Counted from the first letter of the stretch, positions 1 through 10,293 are shown. The stretch: DNA of 64,000 nucleotides from an uncultured Bacillota bacterium (GCA_905205665.1 CAJLEF010000004.1:15582-79581); one strand, 5' to 3'. Notes: a model not told the origin generated them from the letters alone. Made by a program: numbers and translations.

Positions 1-1464
1 GTATCTACTCAATCAAGAATTTATGATTTTCAACTTCATATCTTAATTTCTGCTGATACTAAAGATGATATGGAAAATAAAAAGATGCAAGTAAGAAATT
101 ACTTAGATGCTTTAGGTATGCGTGGTATTTCTTTAATGTTTGAACAAGAAAAAGTTTTGAAATCTATGATTCCTATATTTCCTAAACAAGATGTGGAAGA
201 CCGGGTTGGAACGCCTATCCCATCTCCAACCATTGCTGCGATGTATCCATTTATTTTTGATAGCATCAAAGATCCTGGAAACAGTACTTTATTTGGGGTA
301 GATTTTTCTGGTGGCGTTGTTTTATTCAATCAATTTTTGTATCAAATAAAAAAAGAGAACAACCGTAATAATGCGAATATTATTATTTTAGGTTCTTCTG
401 GTTCTGGTAAATCAACGGCTGCCAAACTTTTACTTAGAAGTCATATTCGTAATGAGTATAAACTTGTTTGTATTGACCCTGAAGGGGAACTTGGCGAAAT
501 GACAACTAATATGGGAGGAGATTTCCTAGACCTTGGTAAAGGTGGAGAATTCGGTATGGTTAATCCTCTTGAAATTGTTATTGATGCAGATCCTGAAGAA
601 ATTAGTCAAGGCCTTGGTTATACGGTTTTAACAAGAACAATTCAACAATTAAAAGCATTTATGAAGTACTATAGTCCTGATATTGAAGAAGATGTTTTAA
701 CTATGTTTAGTGAGGTTGTTCAAGATACTTACAAACGTTATAAAATTGATTATGATACAGATTATAGCAAATTTACAAGTGAAGATTATCCAACATTTGA
801 TGATGTTTATGCCACAATTAAAGGTAGACTTTTATCCATGACGGAGAAAACTCATGAAAGAGATGTTATGGAAAGACTTGAACTTAAAGTTAGACCTTTA
901 GTTAAAGAACTTCGTTATTATTTTACAGGACATACTACTCTAGATATTCATAGTGATTTTATTGTCTTTAATATTAAAGAATTAATGACAGCTGATGAAA
1001 ATGTTCGTAATGCGTTATTCTTCAATGTTTTAAAATATGCTTGGGGTCTATGTCTTGATCCTACTGTCAATACTGTTATGTATGTCGATGAAGCTCACGT
1101 GTTATTATCTACTAAAAATGAATTAGGGGCCGAATTCTTAGCTCAAATTCAAAGACGTAGTAGAAAATATAACACAGGAACAATTATTGTTACTCAACAA
1201 CCAACAGACTTTGCAGCACCAAGTATTATAATGCATGGTAAAGCTATATTTGATAATGCTTCTTATTATCTTATTATGGGAATGAAAAAACAGGCTGTTG
1301 ATGATTTATCTAAATTAATTGATTTAAATGACAGTGAGAAAGATAGTATTAAATATTACAATCAAGGAGAAGCCTTATTTGTCTGTGGTAATAGACGAAT
1401 GAGAATAAATATTATTGCTACCCAAGAAGAACTTGATTCTTTCGGTGCTGGTGGCGGACTATAG
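1..1464 (+). CDS. VirB4/TraE-type conjugative transfer ATPase, C-terminal ~487 codons (5' end lies outside the window)
   Basis: Frame 1 is open from nt 1, with no stop before the listed ATG at 70. Walker A GSSGSGKST, Walker B-like MYVDEAH and IIVTQQP are typical of VirB4-family ATPases of Firmicutes conjugative elements. Confidence 0.75.
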   Translation, partial: VSTQSRIYDFQLHILISADTKDDMENKKMQVRNYLDALGMRGISLMFEQEKVLKSMIPIFPKQDVEDRVGTPIPSPTIAAMYPFIFDSIKDPGNSTLFGVDFSGGVVLFNQFLYQIKKENNRNNANIIILGSSGSGKSTAAKLLLRSHIRNEYKLVCIDPEGELGEMTTNMGGDFLDLGKGGEFGMVNPLEIVIDADPEEISQGLGYTVLTRTIQQLKAFMKYYSPDIEEDVLTMFSEVVQDTYKRYKIDYDTDYSKFTSEDYPTFDDVYATIKGRLLSMTEKTHERDVMERLELKVRPLVKELRYYFTGHTTLDIHSDFIVFNIKELMTADENVRNALFFNVLKYAWGLCLDPTVNTVMYVDEAHVLLSTKNELGAEFLAQIQRRSRKYNTGTIIVTQQPTDFAAPSIIMHGKAIFDNASYYLIMGMKKQAVDDLSKLIDLNDSEKDSIKYYNQGEALFVCGNRRMRINIIATQEELDSFGAGGGL

Positions 1465-1487
1465 AGGTTAATAAGCCTCTTTTTTTA
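1463..1487 (+). terminator. Rho-independent terminator after the VirB4-like gene
   Basis: AGAGG-ttaataag-CCTCT hairpin followed by a T6 run. Confidence 0.55.
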
Positions 1488-1496
1488 TTTACTTTT

Positions 1497-1589
1497 AAAA
1501 AATGCATAATGAAATGCCTAAAAAATGTACAATAAAAATCTTAAAAAATGCACAATAAAAATCTTAAAAATTGCACATTTGAATAAATT
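1497..1589. repeat. Four tandem ~23-bp iteron-like direct repeats (consensus AAAAAATGCACAATAAAAATCTT)
   Basis: Units at 1497-1519, 1520-1542, 1543-1565 and 1566-1589. Units 2 and 3 differ at one base. There are no spacers. Confidence 0.7.
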
Positions 1590-1679
1590 ATGGTATTTTT
1601 ATGTGACTATTTTGTAAGAGATTTATAGTTTCTAAAATGTATAAAGTATGCTAAAATCTTATTGGAGGGAATGAGAAGT

Positions 1680-2777
1680 ATGAACATAAAAAAATACATT
1701 CCAAATATACTAACAAGTTTAAGACTTATTTTAACGCCGATTATTATTTATCTAGGATTAACAGACCATTATAAAGTTTTAATAGGTCTTGCTATAGTAA
1801 CCGCTTTAACAGATTCTGTTGATGGATATTTAGCTCGTAAATTTGATGCCACTTCGGAGTTAGGGGCTAAATTAGATGCTATTGCTGATAAAAGTTTGGC
1901 TATCGGTTTGCTTATTATTTTAATTATTAAAAAAACAAGTTTCTTTTATGTTCTTGTTTTAGAATGTCTTATTGGTTTACTTAATTTATATTTTTATTTC
2001 AAAAAAGGCATCGCTGCTTCTTTGTTAGTTGGTAAATTTAAAACGTGGATAATATTTATTACCATCATTTTAGGATTTGTTGGGTTAGTAGTTCCACACT
2101 TTAATGTCGACATTTTTATTTATATTACAGTTTTCTTACAAATTATTACCTTATTAAGTTATTTGTATTATGGTTTAAAAACTAAAAAGCCTAAAAAAAA
2201 AGACTTCGGTAACGAATATTTAGAATATTATCAAATTGTAGAACCTATTTTATTAGAAGCAGAAATGCAAAAAAGAAAGACATATGCTCATCATATTAAT
2301 GAATCTGTTTATGCCCATGTTTTAAGAGTAAGTTATGATTGCTACCGGATTGGTAAACGTTTTCATATGGACTATAAAAGTTTAGCAATTGCTGGTCTGT
2401 TACATGATTTTTATGAACATCCTTGGCAAGGAAATAAAGAAAAAAAGCCTTTTTTACAAAAACATGCTTTTACCCATGCGAAAGAAGCCGTAGTAAACGC
2501 CAAAAGAGTTTTTGGAGAAAGTGTGGTAACACCTAAAGTAGAAGAAATTATGATTACTCATATGTTTCCAGTTAATAAAAGAATTCCAAGAAGTAAAGAA
2601 GCATGGTTAATTACTTTAGTGGATAAAGCAGACTCTATTGATTTTATAATGCATCCGATTGCTTTATATAAAATATTCTTTAGAAAAGATTTACAGCAAG
2701 AACATGAAAAGATGATTAAAAAAATTAAAAGAAGTATTGATACAAAAATTAAAAAGATGGAAAAAAAGGAGAAATAG
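1680..2777 (+). CDS. CDP-alcohol phosphatidyltransferase (PgsA-like) fused to a C-terminal HD-domain phosphohydrolase
   Basis: N-terminal half has the DSVDGYLARKF..G..LDAIADK signature plus multiple TM segments. C-terminal half has H...HVLRV and GLLHDFY (HD motif). GGAGGG Shine-Dalgarno sits 9 nt before the ATG at 1680; the ORF track starts at 1662. Confidence 0.7.
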   Translation: MNIKKYIPNILTSLRLILTPIIIYLGLTDHYKVLIGLAIVTALTDSVDGYLARKFDATSELGAKLDAIADKSLAIGLLIILIIKKTSFFYVLVLECLIGLLNLYFYFKKGIAASLLVGKFKTWIIFITIILGFVGLVVPHFNVDIFIYITVFLQIITLLSYLYYGLKTKKPKKKDFGNEYLEYYQIVEPILLEAEMQKRKTYAHHINESVYAHVLRVSYDCYRIGKRFHMDYKSLAIAGLLHDFYEHPWQGNKEKKPFLQKHAFTHAKEAVVNAKRVFGESVVTPKVEEIMITHMFPVNKRIPRSKEAWLITLVDKADSIDFIMHPIALYKIFFRKDLQQEHEKMIKKIKRSIDTKIKKMEKKEK

Positions 2778-2804
2778 TGCAAACGTGGTTTGCATTATTT
2801 TTTT
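2778..2804 (+). terminator. Rho-independent terminator
   Basis: TGCAAAC-gtg-GTTTGCA perfect 7-bp stem followed by a T-rich run. Confidence 0.6.
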
Positions 2805-2818
2805 AAATCCCTTATAAT
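2790..2818 (+). promoter_or_regulatory. Sigma-A type promoter for ftsK
   Basis: TTGCAT (2790-2795), 17-nt spacer, TATAAT (2813-2818). It overlaps the preceding terminator. Confidence 0.4.
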
Positions 2819-2834
2819 GAATATGGTGAGAATT

Positions 2835-5084
2835 ATGGCAAAGAAGAAAAAAAGTTCGGCAGATACAAAGAAAAATAATGGAATAAGTGTAGAATTAACA
2901 GGTCTTATTATGATTCTTATAGGACTTATTGGTTTTGGCTTTGGACCAGTGGGGTCTTTGATAAAAAAATTTGCAATGTTTTTAATGGGTGAGTGGTGGC
3001 CATTAATTTTAATATTTGTTTTAGTGATGGGCTTTTATATGCTTATTAAAAGAAAATTACCTAATTTTTTTAGTTCAAAATATATTGGTATTTATCTTAT
3101 TTTAGCTGTCATTCTTGTTTTGTCACATTTAACTTTTATTGAAAAAGCAGATAAAGCTAGTGAGATATTTAATTTAACGATGAATAATTATATGGAACGA
3201 GTTGCATCTATAAATTCAAATAATGCTTTATCTAGTTCAGGACAAGTTTCTATTGTGATTGGTGGAGGTATTTTAGGAGCATGTTTTTCCTTTTGCAGTG
3301 CTTCTTTGTTTGGATTAAACGGAACTTATATTGTTCTTGGCTTTGTTTTACTTTTTGGAGTTATTTTATTATTTAATGTTAACTTATCAAATGTTTTAAA
3401 TAACTTTATTCATAAATTTAAAAAGGTAAAAGAGTCCGTAGAAGAAGAGGAAGAAGATGAGATTACTAAAAAAGAAAAAGCTTTGGAAAAACGTCTTACA
3501 ACCCCTGTGGAAGAAGATACCCCTGAAAAGAAAACTATCATTGTTAGTAGTGTTGATGAATTAAAACGGATTGAAACACCTGAACCATCTTTGCCTTTAG
3601 ATATTCCCGTTGCTAATCCTAATAATGTGAGTAATCCAAATTATAAACTTCCTGAAATGCGTATTTTAGATGATCCTGAAAAGGGTAAGAAAATCAATTC
3701 TAATCAATTTTTAATTAATAATAAACAAAACTTAGAAAGAGTTTTAAAAGATTTCCAAATTCCTGGACGAGTTGTGGATATTCACATGGGGCCTGCTGTT
3801 ACTCAGTTTGAAGTCGTTGTGCCAAGTGGTACCAAGGTAAGTCGTATTAGTTCAATTAATAAAGAAATTGCGCTTGCTCTTGCGGCGAAAGATGTTCGTA
3901 TTGAAGCTCCTATTCCAGGAAAAAGTACCATAGGTATTGAAATCCCTAATCAATCTATTTCAGCCGTTAAGATAAAAGAAATCTTAGCAAGTAAAGAAAT
4001 GCTTAATAAAACAGGTGGCATTCAAGTTGCCTTAGGTAAAGATATTATGGGTATGCCAAGATGTACCGATTTAACTAAAATGCCCCATCTTTTAATTGCT
4101 GGTTCTACTGGTTCAGGTAAATCTGTTTGTTCTAATAGTATTATTGCTTCTATTTTAATGCGTTATCGCCCGGATGAAGTAAAACTTGTTTTAGTAGACC
4201 CTAAACAAGTCGAATTATCAAATTATAATGGGGTTCCGCATTTACTTTGTCCTGTTGTCACAGACCCTAAAAAGGCAAGTGCTACTTTACAAAAAATATG
4301 TGTAGAAATGGATCAACGTTATCATACCTTTGCTGAAAAAGGTGCTAAAAAGATTGATGATTATAACCGTATGATTGATGAAGAAAATAAACTTAATCCC
4401 AATGACCCTAAACCTCGTATGCCATATATTGTGGTGATAGTAGATGAAATGGCAGACTTAATGATCGCCGCTCGTAAAGAAGTAGAAGATAGTATTATGC
4501 GTATTACTCAACTTGCTCGTGCTGCTGGTATTCATTTAATCGTGGCCACACAAAGACCAAGTACTGATGTTATCACAGGTGTTATTAAAACAAATATTCC
4601 ATCACGTATTGCTTTTGCAGTAGCTTCAAGCATTGACTCAAGAACAATACTAGATACTGGTGGGGCAGAAAAACTACTTGGTAAGGGAGATATGTTATTT
4701 TTACCAATGGGCGAAAATACCCCAATTCGTATTCAAGGATGTTTTATTTCTGATGATGAAATAAGAAGAGTTATTGAAGCCGTTTGTAAAGAACAACAAG
4801 CAAGCTATGATGAACGTTATAATATTACGGCTGAATCCACTCATATGGCAGGTGAGGGTAGTGAAAAAGAAGAATATGATGACCCTATGTATAATGAAAT
4901 TGTTGATTTTGCTATTCAAACCGGTAAAATTAGTGCTTCTTTAATTCAAAGAAGATTCCGTTTTGGCTATAACCGGGCTGCACGTGTTATTGATTTACTT
5001 GAAGAAAGAGGTATTATTGGACCTCAAAATGGTTCTAAGCCAAGAGAAGTTTTAGTAAAATTAAAAAGTGATAATGACGAATAG
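2835..5084 (+). CDS. ftsK: DNA translocase FtsK/SpoIIIE
   Basis: N-terminal TM segments, GSTGSGKS Walker A, VVIVDEMADL Walker B, and a C-terminal gamma winged helix (SASLIQRRFRFGYNRAARVIDLLEERGI). The likely start is MAKKKK at 2835, downstream of the promoter; the ORF track starts at 2790. Confidence 0.92.
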   Translation: MAKKKKSSADTKKNNGISVELTGLIMILIGLIGFGFGPVGSLIKKFAMFLMGEWWPLILIFVLVMGFYMLIKRKLPNFFSSKYIGIYLILAVILVLSHLTFIEKADKASEIFNLTMNNYMERVASINSNNALSSSGQVSIVIGGGILGACFSFCSASLFGLNGTYIVLGFVLLFGVILLFNVNLSNVLNNFIHKFKKVKESVEEEEEDEITKKEKALEKRLTTPVEEDTPEKKTIIVSSVDELKRIETPEPSLPLDIPVANPNNVSNPNYKLPEMRILDDPEKGKKINSNQFLINNKQNLERVLKDFQIPGRVVDIHMGPAVTQFEVVVPSGTKVSRISSINKEIALALAAKDVRIEAPIPGKSTIGIEIPNQSISAVKIKEILASKEMLNKTGGIQVALGKDIMGMPRCTDLTKMPHLLIAGSTGSGKSVCSNSIIASILMRYRPDEVKLVLVDPKQVELSNYNGVPHLLCPVVTDPKKASATLQKICVEMDQRYHTFAEKGAKKIDDYNRMIDEENKLNPNDPKPRMPYIVVIVDEMADLMIAARKEVEDSIMRITQLARAAGIHLIVATQRPSTDVITGVIKTNIPSRIAFAVASSIDSRTILDTGGAEKLLGKGDMLFLPMGENTPIRIQGCFISDDEIRRVIEAVCKEQQASYDERYNITAESTHMAGEGSEKEEYDDPMYNEIVDFAIQTGKISASLIQRRFRFGYNRAARVIDLLEERGIIGPQNGSKPREVLVKLKSDNDE

Positions 5085-5127
5085 AAATTTTTATTAAAAA
5101 AAATTAAATATTCATATTTTGAAAATG

Positions 5128-5157
5128 CTATAGTAGTGATTTACTATAGTATTTTTT
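5128..5157 (+). terminator. Rho-independent terminator after ftsK
   Basis: CTATAGTA-gtgatt-TACTATAG stem followed by a T-run. Confidence 0.6.
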
Positions 5158-5364
5158 ATAACCTGGTAAAAATAACCGACAAAATACTAAACAAATTCTA
5201 AGAAATATTTTTGAATTTGATAGTGTGAAACTTTTTTGATGATATCTATACTAAACTTTGGAAAATTGTTTATGGAAATATATGTTCAAAATTCTTTTCT
5301 TTTCGTTGTCAAATAAATTTTTCTATGATAACATTAAAATGATTTAAGAAGAGTGGGAGAAGTT

Positions 5365-6693
5365 ATGACTAGAAAAACAAAATATTTAATAATTATTGGT
5401 ATTTTTTTAGTTTTAAGTATGATTAATTTGTTTTTTTATTATAGCTATCTAAAACCTATTAAAATAAGTGGTATTAATTATTCTTTTAATGATGAAAAAA
5501 TTTATGCAACGATTCATTTTAAAGATACTAGGGAAGGTTCTTGTTCTTATCAGGATTCTTATGCTTTAATAGAAAATAAAAGTTGTACCTTAGAAGTTTT
5601 AAATGAAGAAGGTAAGGCTACGATTAAATCTAAATGGATTACTAAAGAAGTTACAATTAATCCTAATATCCATGAAGTTTTATCTTTAAGTGTTTCCAGT
5701 GGCAACATGTATTTAGTTGTGGGAGAAAAAAGAGAAGTAAAAGTACAAACAGAACAAATTGGTAATCCTAATTTAACATATTCCATAGAAAGTTCAAATA
5801 AAGAAATTGTTAAAGTAGAAGATAACAAAATTATTGGTTTAAAAGAGGGAGAAGCCACGATTAAAATTACTTTAAATGATTTAAAAGAAGAATTTAAAGT
5901 AATTGTGACTAGTTTAATTACTAAGCCAACGTTAACTAAAAATAAAAAATCTTTACCTTGTAATTATTATACGAGTGAACAAGCTAATTTGTTAGATAAA
6001 ATATTAAAAGCTAAGATAGAAGAAGCCGGTTATCAAACCCGTGGGGGAGTCGTAGCAGCTCTTCGTTTCCTAACTCTTGAATTTCCATTTAAAATTGATT
6101 ACTTTTTTGAAAATGGCCGTTTAAATAATAATACCGGTGGGAGATATGTCGATGCGGAAGGCAGATTTTATCATGAAGGGCTTTATTTAAGTACCTCTAA
6201 ATTTAATTTGCTTGATAAGAAATCTAACGGTTGGGGACCAGCTATCTGGGGTTGTCCTTTAATGAACTGGGAAGAAGATGGTAAATATAAACCGTTTACA
6301 AAATATCCAAATGGCCTTGATTGTAGTGGGGCTGTGACATGGGCCTTAGTTCAAGCTGGGTTTGATCCGAAAGACACAGGCGCTGGTGTTAATACTTTAA
6401 GGCATGATGGCCTAGGAGACATTGGCCCACAGATTCCGATTACCAAAGAGCTTTTGGAAAGTGGTACTTTAAAAGCCGGGGATTATATTGGCAGTGAGTG
6501 GCATGCTGCCTTAATTGGTGGCATTACGAAAGACCGAGTTTATGTTTTTGAATCAACTACTTACTATGACGGACTTGTTATGCATGAATATACTTTTAAT
6601 GAACTTTTAAATTCATACTTTTTATCTTATGTTATTAAAATGGATGATTACTATCAAAAAGAAGGAATTTATACTAACTATTGGGAGAGCTAA
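5365..6693 (+). CDS. Membrane-anchored NlpC/P60-type cell-wall hydrolase with a Big_2-like Ig domain
   Basis: N-terminal TM helix, the Ig-like stretch VKVEDNKIIGLKEGEATIKITL, and a catalytic-Cys context GLDCSGAVTWAL with a downstream His. GGGAG Shine-Dalgarno precedes the ATG at 5365. Confidence 0.65.
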   Translation: MTRKTKYLIIIGIFLVLSMINLFFYYSYLKPIKISGINYSFNDEKIYATIHFKDTREGSCSYQDSYALIENKSCTLEVLNEEGKATIKSKWITKEVTINPNIHEVLSLSVSSGNMYLVVGEKREVKVQTEQIGNPNLTYSIESSNKEIVKVEDNKIIGLKEGEATIKITLNDLKEEFKVIVTSLITKPTLTKNKKSLPCNYYTSEQANLLDKILKAKIEEAGYQTRGGVVAALRFLTLEFPFKIDYFFENGRLNNNTGGRYVDAEGRFYHEGLYLSTSKFNLLDKKSNGWGPAIWGCPLMNWEEDGKYKPFTKYPNGLDCSGAVTWALVQAGFDPKDTGAGVNTLRHDGLGDIGPQIPITKELLESGTLKAGDYIGSEWHAALIGGITKDRVYVFESTTYYDGLVMHEYTFNELLNSYFLSYVIKMDDYYQKEGIYTNYWES

Positions 6694-6751
6694 TCGCTCT
6701 TTTCTTTTGGCTTAATTTTTAGTATACTTATAAAGTAGTAGAGGTAGAAGT

Positions 6752-8464
6752 ATGACAAATAAAACACGTTTTATTTTAGCAGGAATTGTTCTGCTCATTA
6801 TTATAAACACGCTTTTTTTTGCTTTAGGTTATTATTTTTATTTACATCCTATTTTAGGTGATTTTGAAATTTTAAATATGACTTATAGTAATGAAAATTT
6901 AACGTTATCATTATCTAAAGCTAATAATGCTATAAGTTATACAGCTTCCATTTATCAAAACAATGAAAAAGTTTATGAAGAAAAAAGCATAGATGAAACC
7001 ATTATTTTACAAAATTTTGAACCAGATTATAATGAGAAATATCAAGTAAGTGTCATAGCTCAAGATAAAAATGCCAAAGAAAAAGTAAATTCTAATCAAT
7101 TTGTCTATCAAAACAAACTACCTTCTTTAAAAAAGGTAAGTAATCGTTATTTGCTTTCTGGGCATGATCTTTCTTTAGAGGTCTTAGGCTTTCAAGAAAA
7201 TCAAAATTTATCTTTAGAAATTTATGCTGATAAAGAAAAAATATATGAAAAAGAAGTGTTAGAAAAGGATATTACCATTCCATCTTCTGTTTTTTCATCT
7301 TATATGGGTAGAGTTGTTGTTTATTTGAAAAAAGATAGTCACCATGTTTTAAGTACCATTAATTATTACTTAAATACACCTATTGTAGGAAAACTTAAAA
7401 CAACGACACCACTTGAAATAACTACACGTTATGATGATGTGACTTTAGATGTTTCTGGTGGAGAAAATGCAAACCATTTTTATGCTTTATTTTATGAACA
7501 AGGTGTTCTTTCTAATACGGTAGAAGTTTCTAAATTCAATAATCAAATTATTTTACCGGCTAGTCTTTTTATAGAAAATAAAGATTATTTAATTCAGATT
7601 AAAGCTGTTTATGAAGATTACTTTGAAATTGGTGAGGTTTTAGATTTTAATGTTCATATGGGTAAAAAAGAAACAACATCAGCCGTTTATGTTAGTCATA
7701 ATCCTAATTATATTAAGAATAATACTTTTGTATCTTTTAAAACAATCACAGAGGGTGCCACGATTCATTATACAACAAATGGCGAAGATCCAACTATTAA
7801 CAGTCCTATTTTAAAAGATAGTCTTTTGATTAATCAAAACATGACAATTAAAGTGTTGGCAACTAGTCGTAACCGCTATGATTCGCCAATAGAAACTTAT
7901 CAGTTTAATATTGCTGAGAAAACACCTGTTATCTTCTTAAGCCCATCTAATCAAAATGAAAACTATGGAGCTTCTAATACGGGTTATACTAATGAAATGG
8001 ATATGATGAATAAAGTAGCGGATGTCGTAGAGGACGTTTTAAAACAAAATGGTCTTATCGTATACCGAAATAATCCAAGAACCGATATCAATGCTTGGAC
8101 AGCTACGTCAAATTATGTTAAAGCGGATTTTCATTTTGCCATTCACTCAAATGCTTCCGGGAATCACAATGTCCGTGGTATTGAAATGTTTATTGATGAT
8201 GAAACTTCTCCTTCTTTTGCCATTGCTTCTAATATTTATGAAAACTTATGGCAAATCTATGATGGTAAAGACAACAAAGATTATAAAAGAGGTATTAAGT
8301 ATGCCAGAGGTTCTTTAGGAGAAGCTAATGATGATTTTGTAAGGTGTGGTAGCCTTATTGAAATTGCTTATCATGATGAAGTACATGATGCTTTATGGGT
8401 GGTTAATCACGTAAGAGAAATCGGAGAAAACCTTGCACAATCGATTATTTCTTATTATAATTAA
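6752..8464 (+). CDS. Membrane-anchored N-acetylmuramoyl-L-alanine amidase (Amidase_3-like) with repeat and chitobiase-like domains
   Basis: N-terminal TM helix. ATIHYTTNGEDPT is a CHB_HEX_C-like motif. C-terminal LSPSNQ...FHFAIHSNAS...GIEMF...EIAYHD matches the zinc amidase pattern. Confidence 0.65.
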   Translation: MTNKTRFILAGIVLLIIINTLFFALGYYFYLHPILGDFEILNMTYSNENLTLSLSKANNAISYTASIYQNNEKVYEEKSIDETIILQNFEPDYNEKYQVSVIAQDKNAKEKVNSNQFVYQNKLPSLKKVSNRYLLSGHDLSLEVLGFQENQNLSLEIYADKEKIYEKEVLEKDITIPSSVFSSYMGRVVVYLKKDSHHVLSTINYYLNTPIVGKLKTTTPLEITTRYDDVTLDVSGGENANHFYALFYEQGVLSNTVEVSKFNNQIILPASLFIENKDYLIQIKAVYEDYFEIGEVLDFNVHMGKKETTSAVYVSHNPNYIKNNTFVSFKTITEGATIHYTTNGEDPTINSPILKDSLLINQNMTIKVLATSRNRYDSPIETYQFNIAEKTPVIFLSPSNQNENYGASNTGYTNEMDMMNKVADVVEDVLKQNGLIVYRNNPRTDINAWTATSNYVKADFHFAIHSNASGNHNVRGIEMFIDDETSPSFAIASNIYENLWQIYDGKDNKDYKRGIKYARGSLGEANDDFVRCGSLIEIAYHDEVHDALWVVNHVREIGENLAQSIISYYN

Positions 8465-8487
8465 AAAGAATAGAAAAGAGAGTATTT

Positions 8488-9489
8488 ATGAAATATATAA
8501 CATTTGCCATTCCTTGCTATAACTCTGAAAGTTATATGCACCATGCGATTGAAACCATTTTAACAGCTAAAGACGATGTAGAAATTTTAGTTATTGATGA
8601 CGGCTCTTCTGATAACACTTTAAAAATTGCTAAAGAATATGAAGTAAAATATCCTGGTATCGTTAAAGCCATTCATAAAGAAAACGGTGGTCATGGTTCT
8701 GGTGTCAATAAAGGTTTAAGCCTTGCTAAAGGTCTTTATTATAAAGTGGTTGATTCTGATGACTGGGTAGATGAAAAATCTTTAAAAAAAGTTTTAGAAA
8801 CTATTAAAACTTTAGAAAAAGAAAAAAAATTAGTAGATATGATGGTTGTTAATTACGTCTATGAAAGAGCAGATGGTCAAAAAGAAATTAACTATCATAA
8901 AACGCTTCCTGAAAATAAAGTCTTTACTTGGGATGAAGTAGGAAATTTCAAAAAAGATGCTTATTTACTTATGCATTCTGTTATTTATCGTACCGCTTTA
9001 TTAAAAGAAATTGACTTAAAACTACCAGAACATACTTTTTATGTCGATAATATTTTTGTTTATTATCCTTTACCTTATATTAAAACGATGTATTATTTAG
9101 ATGTTCCTTTTTACCGTTATTTTATTGGTCGTGAAGATCAATCTGTGAATGAAAAAGTAATGATTAAAAGAATTGATCAACAAATATATGTGACTAAAAC
9201 GATGATAGACTTCTTTAATCCTTATGATTTTTGGGATACTAATAAAAGATGTGCCAAATATTTAATTCATTATATAGATATCATGATGAGTGTTTCTACG
9301 ATTTTACTACAAGTAGCAAATACCAAAGAAGCTATGGAAAAGAAAAACAAGTTGTGGAAGTATTTGAAAGAAAAAAATCCCAAACTTTATAAAACTTGTT
9401 TAATATCTTTATCAGGCGCTACGAGACTACCACGCTTCTTAAGTGTTCCAGGTTATCGAATAGCCAGAAAAATTTATAAATTTAATTAG
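8488..9489 (+). CDS. Family 2 glycosyltransferase
   Basis: AIPCYNSE...VIDDGSSDNT...VDSDD motifs. Confidence 0.75.
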   Translation: MKYITFAIPCYNSESYMHHAIETILTAKDDVEILVIDDGSSDNTLKIAKEYEVKYPGIVKAIHKENGGHGSGVNKGLSLAKGLYYKVVDSDDWVDEKSLKKVLETIKTLEKEKKLVDMMVVNYVYERADGQKEINYHKTLPENKVFTWDEVGNFKKDAYLLMHSVIYRTALLKEIDLKLPEHTFYVDNIFVYYPLPYIKTMYYLDVPFYRYFIGREDQSVNEKVMIKRIDQQIYVTKTMIDFFNPYDFWDTNKRCAKYLIHYIDIMMSVSTILLQVANTKEAMEKKNKLWKYLKEKNPKLYKTCLISLSGATRLPRFLSVPGYRIARKIYKFN

Positions 9490-9499
9490 GAGGAATAGT

Positions 9500-10276
9500 A
9501 TGAAATATGATAGTAGATTATCTAAAGAAGAAACAACGTTATGCCTTTTAATCTCTTTTTATAAACTCGAACATACCTATGTATTTCGTCCCATTTACCT
9601 CCAAAAGTTATTTGAAGAACTAAAGTATGGTGATCAAAGTATTTATCAAAAGTTACAAGATAAAATAGGTACTTTTAATTTACCAATGGAAATGTATTTA
9701 GATAAACTCTTAAAATTTAATTATCTCAAAAAAAGAGATGAAATAAATTATGATATTACTATTTCAGAGGATACGGCATTGCAGTTAGATAGAAAATTTA
9801 ATCGGTATAAAGATTATTATGAGTCTGTGCGTAAAGTTAAAAAGAGTTTAGATTATTTTGATAAAAAACCAATTGAAGAAGAACTTGGTGAAGAATACAG
9901 TCTTATTATTACTCCAGAAGATTTCTTAATCGCGTTTTTCACTAAATTATTTTCTATCGGTGTATATACTTTCGATTTTGATACTTTTGAAAGTGCCTTT
10001 TCTTTTTCTATTTTAGATAATGAAGCTATGAAAAAATTTTTAGAATCTAGTTTTCATCAACCTTTTGTTATGGAAGATATGGGCACATTAATAGCTAAAG
10101 TTTTAGGAGTGGATGAAGATTTTCCTATTGATTCTCTTTGGTTAGGAACCATGGTAAAAAATAAGCCTATGTTAGATGCTCTTACCCTTAATAATGAACA
10201 AATTATTAATCTAATGGTGAAGAAATATATTGAAATGAAAAAAACTATTCAAAAAGGACCTTCCGTGGTAAAATAA
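9500..10276 (+). CDS. Hypothetical protein (258 aa)
   Basis: Long ORF with a GGAGG Shine-Dalgarno, packed tightly in the operon. I recognise no motif. Confidence 0.5.
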   Translation: MKYDSRLSKEETTLCLLISFYKLEHTYVFRPIYLQKLFEELKYGDQSIYQKLQDKIGTFNLPMEMYLDKLLKFNYLKKRDEINYDITISEDTALQLDRKFNRYKDYYESVRKVKKSLDYFDKKPIEEELGEEYSLIITPEDFLIAFFTKLFSIGVYTFDFDTFESAFSFSILDNEAMKKFLESSFHQPFVMEDMGTLIAKVLGVDEDFPIDSLWLGTMVKNKPMLDALTLNNEQIINLMVKKYIEMKKTIQKGPSVVK

Positions 10277-10293
10277 TCACGGAGGTTTTTATT

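Noticed and set aside
1497-1589. Possible CRISPR array
   Set aside because: The repeats are head-to-tail with no spacers, there are only four units, and no cas genes are present.
2835-5084. FtsK-like gene as the coupling protein of the conjugative element that begins upstream
   Set aside because: It has the multi-TM N-terminus, a long linker and the gamma (KOPS-binding) winged helix of chromosomal FtsK. A terminator, the repeats and a lipid-synthesis gene separate it from the VirB4 gene.
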